From Alistipes sp. (GTDB taxonomy: Bacteria; Bacteroidota; Bacteroidia; Bacteroidales; Rikenellaceae): a stretch of 64,000 nt of DNA. The position numbers were made by a program, and so were the translations under genes. The stretch's first letter is position 1. Every line of letters begins with the position of its first letter. A model generated the notes under the pieces. It did no database searches. It was not told the origin of the DNA and saw only the letters and a program-made list of their open reading frames with translations. Shown here in pieces: positions 56,155-64,000 of the stretch. The stretch spans positions 2,934 through 66,933 of the forward strand of contig JBGVNT010000007.1 of assembly GCA_045125895.1 (NCBI GenBank), given 5' to 3'.

Positions 56155-57639
56155 TTAGATGGTTTTATGGACTCTGTGACCTTCGACATATATCGCACTG
56201 AAAGGTCGTGAGGGGCACAGGTTTTCACACGCTCCGCAACCGATGCAACGCTCGGCGTTGATTGCCGGAATCTTTTTCGACTGAGGATTCTGAGCATCTA
56301 TGGCTACCATGGTAATTGCTCCCGATGGGCAATGACGCTCGCAGTTACCGCAATCGACATCGTCGGTTATAACCACGCAATTCTTCTTCACCCATACCGC
56401 GTGGCCAATCTGAGTGGAAGATTTTTCCTCTACCGAGATAGGTTGAATCGCTCCCGTCGGGCATACCGATGCGCATGCGTTGCACTCCGGGCGGCAATAC
56501 CCTTTTTCGTATGAAATAAATGGCTGCATAAATGTTGTCAGCTGAGTGGATGGGCGCAAAATCTGCGATGGACAAGCCGCAACGCAGAGCTGGCAGCCTG
56601 TGCAGTGTGTCGTCATGTTGCGTGCGCTTAGCGAGCCGGCCGGCGTGATTTTATTTTCACGCGGAGGAGCCTGCTTGTCGATTATGGTGGCATAACCGCC
56701 GTCCAACTTCATCTCCTGGGCCTTTACTGCCGAGGCGGCAAGCAGTCCCGTAGCTACTAAAAAGTCGCGGCGCGACTCGGAAGCCTTCTCAGGCTTGGGT
56801 GTTGGGGTCGCAACGCGCTTGCTTCTGCGCAGAGAGTAGCTTATAGCCCCCTGATTACAATTCTCGATGCAATCCATGCAGACCACGCATCGGCTATAAT
56901 CAATCGTATGCGCTTTGGTGTCGATGCACGATGATTTGCAGTTACGCGCACAACGATTGCAGCCATTGCACTTCTCGGTGTTGATAACGGGCTTAAATAG
57001 CGAATATTTCGACAACACGCCCAAAACAGTACCTACGGGGCATATCGAGTTGCAATAGAGGCGACCTTTGCGCCATGCGACGATGGCGAGTATCAGGAGT
57101 GTAGCTGCTGCAACGATAAAGGCTCCGACGCTGCGAATCCAAATGTCGGTTGAGTAGAACGCATAGCTGTCAATTCGCTCGGCTATCAGAGCAAGCAGGT
57201 TGTTGCCCGCCTGCCAAATGGGAGCCAAGAGGTTTTGGGCAATACGACCAAATGCGCTATATGGAGCTATGAGCAGCGCCAAAGAGCCAAATCCCAAGTA
57301 GAGCAGAGCGACAAACACAGCCAATACTCCCCAACGCAATAGGGTGTGAGGCTTTGTGTATTTGAAATGGTTTTTACGCCTGCGACCTGCCACCCACGAG
57401 AAGATGTCCTGCATAATTCCCAAAGGACAGATGACCGAGCAATACACTCTGCCGAAGAGTAGTGTCAGGATGATTAATCCCGCTACAACTCCGAAGTTAA
57501 GGGCCAAAACTGCGGGCAGAAATTGAATTTTTGCCATCCAGCCAAACCATGCGTGCAGCGTGCCCGTAAAATCCAGAAAGAGGAGCGTTACGAGGGCAAA
57601 ACTGATTGTGGCCGTAAAGATGCGTATTTTTCGTAACAT
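56155..57639 (-). CDS. Membrane polyferredoxin (4Fe-4S binding protein)
   Basis: FGRVYCSVICPLG, YCNSICPVG, multiple CxxCxxCxxxCP motifs. Confidence 0.88.
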   Translation of the reverse strand: MLRKIRIFTATISFALVTLLFLDFTGTLHAWFGWMAKIQFLPAVLALNFGVVAGLIILTLLFGRVYCSVICPLGIMQDIFSWVAGRRRKNHFKYTKPHTLLRWGVLAVFVALLYLGFGSLALLIAPYSAFGRIAQNLLAPIWQAGNNLLALIAERIDSYAFYSTDIWIRSVGAFIVAAATLLILAIVAWRKGRLYCNSICPVGTVLGVLSKYSLFKPVINTEKCNGCNRCARNCKSSCIDTKAHTIDYSRCVVCMDCIENCNQGAISYSLRRSKRVATPTPKPEKASESRRDFLVATGLLAASAVKAQEMKLDGGYATIIDKQAPPRENKITPAGSLSARNMTTHCTGCQLCVAACPSQILRPSTQLTTFMQPFISYEKGYCRPECNACASVCPTGAIQPISVEEKSSTQIGHAVWVKKNCVVITDDVDCGNCERHCPSGAITMVAIDAQNPQSKKIPAINAERCIGCGACENLCPSRPFSAIYVEGHRVHKTI

Positions 57640-57805
57640 GTAATAAATGATGTTTATGATGGTTATGCTATGATTCAATAAACAAATATAGACAAAATAA
57701 TTAAAATCTCCTATAATGTGCCAAAATAATCAATCGTGGCAGTTGCGCTGTGCCGTATGGCTCTTTTGGATTGTAAATTGGCAAATATGGGCTTGTGGCA
57801 TACTT

Positions 57806-57820
57806 TGGCAAACAATTTGC
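57806..57820 (+). promoter_or_regulatory. Sigma-54 type -24/-12 promoter
   Basis: TGGC-AAACAAT-TTGC with correct spacing. Confidence 0.55.
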
Positions 57821-57831
57821 TCGTTTAATAG

Positions 57832-57946
57832 TCAGTGGTTGGAAAACCACGAGGTTTCTTCATTTATTTAAGTTTGGGTTAGTAGTTTAGGCGGGGGTAA
57901 CTCTGCCGAGGTAAGAGGTCGTTGGGAAACGCCCTCTTATTTTTTT
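57832..57946 (+). ncRNA. Candidate sigma-54-dependent sRNA
   Basis: Three GNRA-capped hairpins (GGAA, GTAA, GGGA), U-rich single-stranded centre, terminal T7 run. Confidence 0.55.
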
Positions 57947-58275
57947 GTCCGTGCGCCGCCTAAACTACTTTCAACCTGCTTACGCAGCAAGCCTCTGCTC
58001 GCTCGTGGGCAAAGGGCTCTGCGAGCCTATAACGATATTGGCGAGTGGCTGTTCGTGCAAGCCCGACCACCAATCGCTAATATCGTCAAACTACTATATA
58101 GTTTCCTTTGCCCTCTCTCGCTCGGAGCCTTTGTTCTGCTCCTGCGGTCGTTAGTAGTTTTTAAGGTGCTGACGCAATCTTTTTTTTATTTGGCGGGGGT
58201 AACCCTGCCGAGATAAGAGGTCGTTGGGAAACGCCCTCTTATTTTTTTGTCCGTGCGCCGCCTAAACTACTTTCA
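57890..58275 (+). repeat. 84-bp direct repeat (57890-57973, 58192-58275) around a long imperfect palindrome
   Basis: Copies differ at 2 positions; interior pairs AAACTACT/AGTAGTTT, GGGCAAAGG/CCTTTGCCC, ACGATATTGGCGA/TCGCTAATATCGT. Confidence 0.8.
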
Positions 58276-58345
58276 CACAATTACGCCTCGGGTGACTCGT
58301 CTGCGTGATGGTGATAGTCATTATTGCTGCGCAACTACGACAACG

Positions 58346-58393
58346 AAATAGATAGCAGCCGCTCAAACGAGTTTGGCCACTGCTATCTATTTC
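58346..58393. terminator. Terminator downstream of the ion channel gene
   Basis: GAAATAGATAGCAG/CTGCTATCTATTTC stem. Confidence 0.7.
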
Positions 58394-58427
58394 ATTCTCT
58401 TAACCTTCGGTTTTATATATCACTCTC

Positions 58428-59084
58428 CTACCCTTTGCTGCGTTTTTCGGAGTAGAGATTGGTGACATAGATTGTGAAAATCGGGAAGAACATCATGCCC
58501 AATGATGGGAGGAGCACTGCCAAAACCTTGCCGATTGCCGTTACGGGAAATATGGCGGCGCCCACGGTGGTGACATTCATCCAGGCCCACCACAGCGCAT
58601 TCCCGAAGCCTTGCAGGTGGCGGTTTACGCCTATTTCGTAGTCGTAGAACATCAAGGCTGCTAAATATGTGAAGCCCACAACGGTGAAAATATATGCTCC
58701 GAAGATGCGCTTCGCCCTACCCTCGACCATCCATTGCACCACTACGCCCATGGCGACAAATGCGCGGAGCAATGGCAGTGCCGACATCACTACGGCAAGG
58801 GCCCGATGTGGCGTGAGGTGCATCCACTCTAATATATTAAGGTATGGGATGGATATAATCAGAAATAAGATATTCAGTAGCGTATGACGATATGAGCTGC
58901 CACCGACAAATAGTGCATGGGCAAAATCCAAAATAAAGATTATGCAGACGATAAATTGCAACCATAAATACCACGCAGAGTATGTGTGATGATTGCCCGT
59001 GAGTACCTCAATCGAGATTCCGACGATGAGAGCCACGCCGGCAAGAAGATTTAATGTGCGCATGAAATAATTCTCTGATGTCAT
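58428..59084 (-). CDS. Ion channel of the potassium-channel superfamily (non-canonical filter)
   Basis: Six TM layout, pore helix NALWWAWMNVTTVG, PVT..GK. Confidence 0.8.
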   Translation of the reverse strand: MTSENYFMRTLNLLAGVALIVGISIEVLTGNHHTYSAWYLWLQFIVCIIFILDFAHALFVGGSSYRHTLLNILFLIISIPYLNILEWMHLTPHRALAVVMSALPLLRAFVAMGVVVQWMVEGRAKRIFGAYIFTVVGFTYLAALMFYDYEIGVNRHLQGFGNALWWAWMNVTTVGAAIFPVTAIGKVLAVLLPSLGMMFFPIFTIYVTNLYSEKRSKG

Positions 59085-59110
59085 AATTCTCAGCGTTTTA
59101 CACCATTCAA

Positions 59111-59125
59111 GCAAAATGCGTGCCG
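59111..59125 (-). promoter_or_regulatory. Sigma-54 type promoter of the channel gene
   Basis: Minus strand CGGCACG-CATT-TTGC. Confidence 0.55.
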
Positions 59126-59165
59126 AAGAAAAACGACTTTTTTAATACATTTTTTCACAAAACTA

Positions 59166-59196
59166 TTTGCATAGATAAAAAAAATACCTATCTTTG
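59166..59196 (+). promoter_or_regulatory. tRNA operon promoter
   Basis: TTTG (-33) at 59166 and TATCTTTG (-7) at 59189. Confidence 0.75.
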
Positions 59197-59214
59197 CACT
59201 CGCATTTACGCAAT

Positions 59215-59288
59215 GGCGAGATAGCTCAGCTGGTTAGAGCGCATGATTCATAATCATGAGGTCGAGAGTTCAAGTCTCTCTCTCGCTA
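59215..59288 (+). tRNA. tRNA-Met (CAT)
   Basis: Cloverleaf: GGCGAGA/TCTCGCT acceptor stem, CATGA-TTCATAA-TCATG anticodon arm, GTTCAA T-loop. Confidence 0.95.
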
Positions 59289-59291
59289 CTT

Positions 59292-59366
59292 CGGGATGTA
59301 GCTCAGCCCGGTTAGAGTACACGTCTGGGGGGCGTGTTGTCGCTGGTTCGAATCCAGTCATCCCGA
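59292..59366 (+). tRNA. tRNA-Pro (GGG)
   Basis: CGGGATG/CATCCCG acceptor stem, CACGT-CTGGGGG-GCGTG anticodon arm, GGTTCGAATCC. Confidence 0.95.
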
Positions 59367-59380
59367 CTAAGTAAAACACT

Positions 59381-59417
59381 AAGCCTTCGAACAAAAGTTC
59401 GGAGGTTTTGTTGTTTT
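59381..59417 (+). terminator. tRNA operon terminator
   Basis: AAGCCTTCGAAC-AAAA-GTTCGGAGGTTT then T-rich tract. Confidence 0.75.
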
Positions 59418-59456
59418 ATGACCCGTTGCGCTGATGCTATTGTTGAACAGACGATT

Positions 59457-60218
59457 ATGAAACGACTACTATCTACCCTGCTATTGTGTGTCGCATGCGG
59501 CTTAGTGCCTCTATTTGCGCAGAACTCCGCTCCGGATGCTTCATCGGCGAAGAAATCCGCCGTGCAACCATATCTTACAACCGACCTTACAAGTGCCTAT
59601 TTGTGGCGAGGTCAGCGACTTGCGGGTGTGAGCATCCAGCCTGTGATGGGTATAAAGTGGAAGGGGCTGAATGTGTATGCGTGGGGAAATGCCCAGGTGG
59701 CACCTCCTGCCGGCCAAAATCCTGCAAAGCACGAAATTGACCTTTTTGTGAAGTATCAGGTGGCGCCATGGCTGAATATCGGGCTCAAAGATGTGTATGT
59801 CAACACGCGCGGAAATGGATTTTTAACTTGGGGTCATATCGGCGACGCGTCGCATGGAACGGACGCAATCGTGGCTTTTACGACGCGCCATTTCTCGGCC
59901 GAGTGGAGTACGACAATCCTCGGGCATGACGGATTAAACAAGCATGGCAAACGCTCTTATAGCTCTTATCTGCTGGCGAGTCTTCCGTTTCGTATTTCGC
60001 ATGTGCAATTTGCCGCTTTGGTGGGTGTTGTACCCTACTACACTTCGCGCTACGATGATTTGTCGTCGGGATTCCATGTAAATATGCTATCGCTCAAGGC
60101 TGTGTATAATGTGCCGCTGTAGCAGCGATATGAGCTTCCCGTCTATTCGCAACTCATGGTAAACCCCAGTAATCGCCGAGCCTATTTTCAGGTTGGTTGC
60201 AAATTTAAGCTGTTTTAG
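59457..60218 (+). pseudogene. Outer-membrane beta-barrel-like protein gene interrupted by an in-frame TAG (60120-60122)
   Basis: Signal peptide, SAYLWRGQ..GVSIQP, HEIDL; the frame continues 31 codons past TAG to ...VNP...AYFQVGCKFKLF*. Confidence 0.6.
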
Positions 60219-60404
60219 GCAAGCCGTTTCGGAGGAGTATCGTTCATAGCACTACAAGAGGTCAAGCGCATGCAGACCTCTTTTTGCGTTTTTTTGCCCC
60301 GTTTTTGCATATTTTCTTTGCGTGGTGGTAATTTGTGCCATAAAATTATTAACTTTGATGTATCATAGCATGTTAACTGAAAAGAATAACTAAAACAGAT
60401 AATT

Positions 60405-61166
60405 ATGAAACGACTAAATGGTAATGTTACGCTGATTACAGGCGGAGGTAAAGGTATTGGATTTGGTCTGGCTGAGGCGTTTGCCGAGGAGGGCTCAAAT
60501 TTGGTTCTTACGGGTAGAACCGAATCACGCCTTGTGGAGGCTAAAAAACGATTGGAGGAGAAGTATGGCGTCGAGGTGCTGCCTCTGGTGGCCGATGGCG
60601 CCGACGAGGAGGCGATAAAAATGGTCGTCGCGAAGACTATCGAGAAGTTTGGCAAGTTAAACACATTAGTAAACAATGCTCAGGTTTCGAAATCGGGCTT
60701 GCCTCTTGTCGAGCACACGAAGGAGGATTTCGACCTTGCCATCTATTCGGGATTGTATGCGGCATTCTTCTATATGCGCGAATGTTTCCCGCATTTGAAG
60801 GCTTCACGAGGCTCGGTAATTAACTTCGCGTCGGGTGCAGGTCTGTTCGGCAAGTTGGGACAAGCATCGTATGCTGCAGCCAAAGAGGGAATTCGCGGTA
60901 TGTCGCGTGTTGCGGCTGCTGAATGGGGCCCTGATGGAGTAAGGGTGAATGTCATCTGCCCGCTTGCCATGACCGAGAGCCTGCAACAATGGAAGGAGCA
61001 CTTCCCCGAACTGTATGAAAAGACTATTCAGGGTATTCCGTTGGGTCACTTTGCCGACCCCAAGGTTGATATCGGTCGCGTATGTGTATTCCTTGCTTCC
61101 GATGAGGCTTCGTATGTCACAGGTGAAACCATTACTCTGCAAGGCGGTAGCGGTTTAAGACCATAA
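60405..61166 (+). CDS. SDR oxidoreductase, probable 12-alpha-hydroxysteroid dehydrogenase
   Basis: TGGGKGIG, NNAQ.S.SG.PL, FDLAIYSGLYA.F.YMREC, INFASGAGLFG, SYAAAKEGIRG, DIGRVCV, GG.G.RP as I recall from clostridial 12-alpha-HSDH. Confidence 0.75.
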   Translation: MKRLNGNVTLITGGGKGIGFGLAEAFAEEGSNLVLTGRTESRLVEAKKRLEEKYGVEVLPLVADGADEEAIKMVVAKTIEKFGKLNTLVNNAQVSKSGLPLVEHTKEDFDLAIYSGLYAAFFYMRECFPHLKASRGSVINFASGAGLFGKLGQASYAAAKEGIRGMSRVAAAEWGPDGVRVNVICPLAMTESLQQWKEHFPELYEKTIQGIPLGHFADPKVDIGRVCVFLASDEASYVTGETITLQGGSGLRP

Positions 61167-61235
61167 ACAAATCAGGCTCAGCGTTTGCTGGGCCTTTTGT
61201 TTTGAATATGGGAGAGCGATGATTGTTTTATTTCT

Positions 61236-61626
61236 CGCGCAGGCAATTCTCGCGAATTATATTTACACCCCCGACCCCTGAAAGGGGAGATTTGGCGTCG
61301 CTCCTTCGAGCCTGGTTCTCGTTCTATCCGAAGCCTCCCTTTGTCAACATTGCGATTAAGGCGAGAGAAGAGCAAATAAATTTGTTCTTCCGAGCCGTAG
61401 CAACGAAAAGGAGCGAAGTGAACTTAAAGGGAGGTTTGGAGGGAATGTCGATATAGTTGCGGAGAATCCGCTCTCGAAACAAAAAAACGACAGCTAAGTT
61501 GCTGTCGTTTTTTGTTTTGAGAGCGGAAAACGAGACTCGAGCCCACGCTTCGCGTAGGCGATTCTCGCGAATTATATTTACACCCCCCGACCCCTGAAAG
61601 GGGAGATTTGGCGTCGCTCCTTCGAG
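61236..61626 (+). repeat. ~75-bp direct repeat (61236-61310, 61551-61626) containing CCCCTGAAAGGGG hairpin
   Basis: ATTCTCGCGAATTATATTTACACCCCC(C)GACCCCTGAAAGGGGAGATTTGGCGTCGCTCCTTCGAG present twice. Confidence 0.8.
61521..61540 (-). other. 20-bp duplicate of the tRNA-Gly 3' end (att-like)
   Basis: GAGCGGAAAACGAGACTCGA identical to 61679-61698, followed on the minus strand by its own terminator (61481-61513). Confidence 0.7.
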
Positions 61627-61639
61627 TCTGATTATCCTA

Positions 61640-61678
61640 AAATCAAAACGGTTAGCATCAAGCTAACCGTTTGATTTT
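61640..61678 (-). terminator. tRNA-Gly terminator
   Basis: AAACGGTTAGC/GCTAACCGTTT hairpin immediately 3' of the tRNA. Confidence 0.75.
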
Positions 61679-61679
61679 G

Positions 61680-61752
61680 AGCGGAAAACGAGACTCGAAC
61701 TCGCGACCCCAACCTTGGCAAGGTTGTGCTCTACCAACTGAGCTATTTCCGC
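61680..61752 (-). tRNA. tRNA-Gly (GCC)
   Basis: Reverse complement GCGGAAATAGCTCAGTTGGTAGAGCACAACCTTGCCAAGGTTGGGGTCGCGAGTTCGAGTCTCGTTTTCCGCT. Confidence 0.97.
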
Positions 61753-61819
61753 AAAATATGTCATACTCCTTTTTGTTTTGCGCATCCCTTGCCAAGGTTG
61801 GAGTATATAATCCTTTTGG

Positions 61820-61856
61820 GGCAAGGTTGTGCTCTACTTTCCTGAGCTATTTCCGC
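61820..61856 (-). pseudogene. 5' half of a degenerate tRNA-Gly copy
   Basis: Minus strand GCGGAAATAGCTCAGGAAAGTAGAGCACAACCTTGCC, stopping at the anticodon. Confidence 0.7.
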
Positions 61857-61954
61857 AAATATGTCCCACTTATCGGGGATTGCGAGTGCAAAGGTAAATA
61901 AAAAATCTTATAATCCAAATTTTTTCTTATCTTTGAGCAAATATTTTTGCAAAT

Positions 61955-62932
61955 ATGTTGTCTGCGATTGAAATATTTACGGAATTGGGGAGGCGTTTGC
62001 GCCGTTTTGGTGAGGATGAGCGCTCGCGAAATGTGCTTTGTGGGGCTATCTCGGCAAATGAATGGTTCTCGGAGAAGGATATAAAAATGGCAATAAACGC
62101 CATTTGTCGAGAGATGCTGGATGAGAACAAGTTGCGTGAGTGGTTGTCACATTACCCTACCCCCTCCGAGGCTCGCCGAGTAGCGATTATCATGGCGGGG
62201 AATCTGCCATTGGTGGGATTCTTCGATTTACTGTGCGTTGTGGTGTGCGGGTATACCGCAATCATCAAACCCTCGAGCAAGGACAATGTCCTTATGTCGT
62301 ATGTCGTGGATTTGTTGCGCGAGATAGAGCCTTGCGTTGCCATTGAAGAGTATACCGACGCATCGGAATTTGATATGGTTATCGCGACGGGAGGTGATGC
62401 TGCGGTTAAATACTTCAAGGAGAAGTTCGCCGATAAGCCTGCGCTGATTCGAGGTAGCCGCCATTCGGTGGCGGTGCTTTCCGGTCGGGAGAGTCAAGAG
62501 CAGATAGACGGGTTGCGGCGAGATATGTATTCCTACAACGGGCTTGGTTGCCGAAATGTGTCATTACTATTTATTCCCAAGGGGTGGCAGAGTGTGATAC
62601 CACGACCTCGAGGTGTGGTTAAAATGCGATACGATAACTACATCTGCGACAAGGCGATGCTGAGTATGACGGGGGTGCATTTTCTGGATTTAGACGGCGC
62701 TTTGGCAATAGCGTCATGTTCTTTGCCCGAGGCATTGAGTCGTATACATTATGTCGAATACGACGATTTGACAGAGGTTGAAGAGTGGCTGTCGAAGGAG
62801 GATGAGAAGATTCAATGCGTGGTGTCGCTGTGTGTCGCGCATCCTCGCAGGGTCGATTTCGGCGAAGCTCAATACCCTACCCTGATGGATTATGCCGATG
62901 GTGTAGATGTTATGAGTTTTTTAATAGCTTAA
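61955..62932 (+). CDS. Acyl-CoA reductase (LuxC-like)
   Basis: IIMAGNLPLVGFFD, KPSSKD, IATG, GLGCRNVS, FGEAQYP.L.DYADGVD. Confidence 0.85.
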   Translation: MLSAIEIFTELGRRLRRFGEDERSRNVLCGAISANEWFSEKDIKMAINAICREMLDENKLREWLSHYPTPSEARRVAIIMAGNLPLVGFFDLLCVVVCGYTAIIKPSSKDNVLMSYVVDLLREIEPCVAIEEYTDASEFDMVIATGGDAAVKYFKEKFADKPALIRGSRHSVAVLSGRESQEQIDGLRRDMYSYNGLGCRNVSLLFIPKGWQSVIPRPRGVVKMRYDNYICDKAMLSMTGVHFLDLDGALAIASCSLPEALSRIHYVEYDDLTEVEEWLSKEDEKIQCVVSLCVAHPRRVDFGEAQYPTLMDYADGVDVMSFLIA

Positions 62933-62935
62933 GAT

Positions 62936-64000
62936 ATGGAGAAAATTTACGATTTTGACAAAATTATCGACCGCTCGGGGTCGCATAGCATAAAATATGA
63001 TTCACTCAAAGAGTTGTATGGGCGTGAGGACCTTATACCATTATGGGTCGCTGATATGGATTTCGAGACTCCCGATTTTATTATAGAGGCCATGAAGCGA
63101 CGCCTTGAGCACCCTGTTTTAGGCTACACTGTGGCCTACGATGAGTATTGGCAGAGCATTGTCGGCTGGCTTAAGCGTAGGCACAATTGGGCGGTGGAGC
63201 GCGAGTGGTTGCGATATATTCCGGGCATTGTAAAGGGTATCGGCATGGCGATAGCATGCTTCACCGAGCCGAACGACAAAATTATAATTCAAACTCCGGT
63301 GTACCATCCGTTCCGTTTGGTGCCGGAGCATAATGGTCGCCGCATTGTGGAAAACCCACTGAAAATTTCGGCAGACGGGCACTGCGAAATGGATTTTGAA
63401 CAACTCGAGAGCGTGATTGATTCGTCGTGCAAGATGATTATATTGGCTAATCCGCACAATCCGATAGGTGTGGTTTGGGATAAAGCATCGCTTCAGCAAT
63501 TGGCCGATATTGCCGTGAAACACAACTTGATAGTGGTGTCGGATGAGATTCATTGCGATATGCCTTTATATGGAAATGTCCACACACCGTTTGCCACGGT
63601 TTCCGAGGCTGCTGCGGAGTGTAGCATCACCTTTGGTGCACCAAGCAAGACCTTTAATATCGCTGGCGTTGTGAGTTCATATGCGGTAGTTCCAAATCCT
63701 CATCTGCGCGAGAAGTTCTTCTCGTATTTGGAGGCAAACGAGATGGATATGCCGACGATTTTTGCGATGGTGGCAACCGAGGCGGCTTTCGCGCACGGCG
63801 AGGTGTGGCGTCAACAGCTGGTGAAATATATCGAGCAGAATATCGACTATGTGGCGGATTATATCGCTGAAAATATTCCCGCAATTAAGGTTATTAAACC
63901 CCAGGCTTCGTATCTTGTATGGATAGATTTTTCGGCATTGGGACTTTCGCATGAACGCATGGTCGACATGGTGGTAAACGATGCTCGATTGGCAATGAAC
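62936..64000 (+). CDS. MalY/PatB-family PLP-dependent C-S lyase (partial, runs off the window)
   Basis: PLWVADMDF, PVYHPF, NPHNP.G, SDEIH.D, PSKTFNIAG. Confidence 0.9.
   Translation, partial: MEKIYDFDKIIDRSGSHSIKYDSLKELYGREDLIPLWVADMDFETPDFIIEAMKRRLEHPVLGYTVAYDEYWQSIVGWLKRRHNWAVEREWLRYIPGIVKGIGMAIACFTEPNDKIIIQTPVYHPFRLVPEHNGRRIVENPLKISADGHCEMDFEQLESVIDSSCKMIILANPHNPIGVVWDKASLQQLADIAVKHNLIVVSDEIHCDMPLYGNVHTPFATVSEAAAECSITFGAPSKTFNIAGVVSSYAVVPNPHLREKFFSYLEANEMDMPTIFAMVATEAAFAHGEVWRQQLVKYIEQNIDYVADYIAENIPAIKVIKPQASYLVWIDFSALGLSHERMVDMVVNDARLAMN

Noticed and set aside
59334-59456. N-terminal extension of ORF 59334-60122
   Set aside because: Overlaps tRNA-Pro and its terminator; the signal peptide begins at 59457.
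60120-60122. Genome-wide TAG recoding or pyrrolysine
   Set aside because: Many conserved genes here (floA, carB, pyrE, pyrB) end at TAG at their expected C-termini, and no pyl genes are present.
59457-61680. Intact prophage or integrative island at the tRNA genes
   Set aside because: No integrase, phage or conjugation genes; the tRNA 3' duplicate is only ~140 bp from the tRNA.
61671-61901. 76-aa ORF
   Set aside because: Antisense translation of tRNA-Gly and its fragments.

Overview
Chromosomal, mostly housekeeping segment of a gut-type Bacteroidales bacterium (Rikenellaceae/Alistipes-like by inference from TAnnTTTG promoters, a TonB-dependent receptor and lipoproteins). It holds de novo pyrimidine genes (pyrC-carA-carB-pyrK-pyrD; pyrF-pyrE-pyrB), purine genes (purT; purE-purL-purM-purN-purH-purD-folD), fabH-fabF-fabG, metY-metX-hom, feoB with a hemerythrin/LuxR pair, fmt, mtaB, trkH, nfeD-floA, three tRNAs and a probable bile-acid 12-alpha-HSDH. 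I saw no integrase, transposase, reverse transcriptase or cas gene. The most striking non-genic signal is a family of ~205-bp CGTC-tagged doublet elements. Their half-units keep fixed ends and geometry (10-bp stem, 32-34-nt loop) while the stem and loop sequences vary. Two of them lie in tandem directly in front of a small stand-alone GIY-YIG nuclease gene, and related short CGTC repeats are nested inside one another elsewhere, making this a candidate nuclease/repeat mobile system. Other notable items are a CarA lacking its catalytic Cys, a Met-rich leader peptide before metY, a U-rich pyrL-like leader before pyrC, two candidate structured sRNAs, a PyrB fused to a PyrI-like zinc domain and an amber-interrupted outer-membrane gene. 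All protein calls come from motif recognition by eye; no database search was run.
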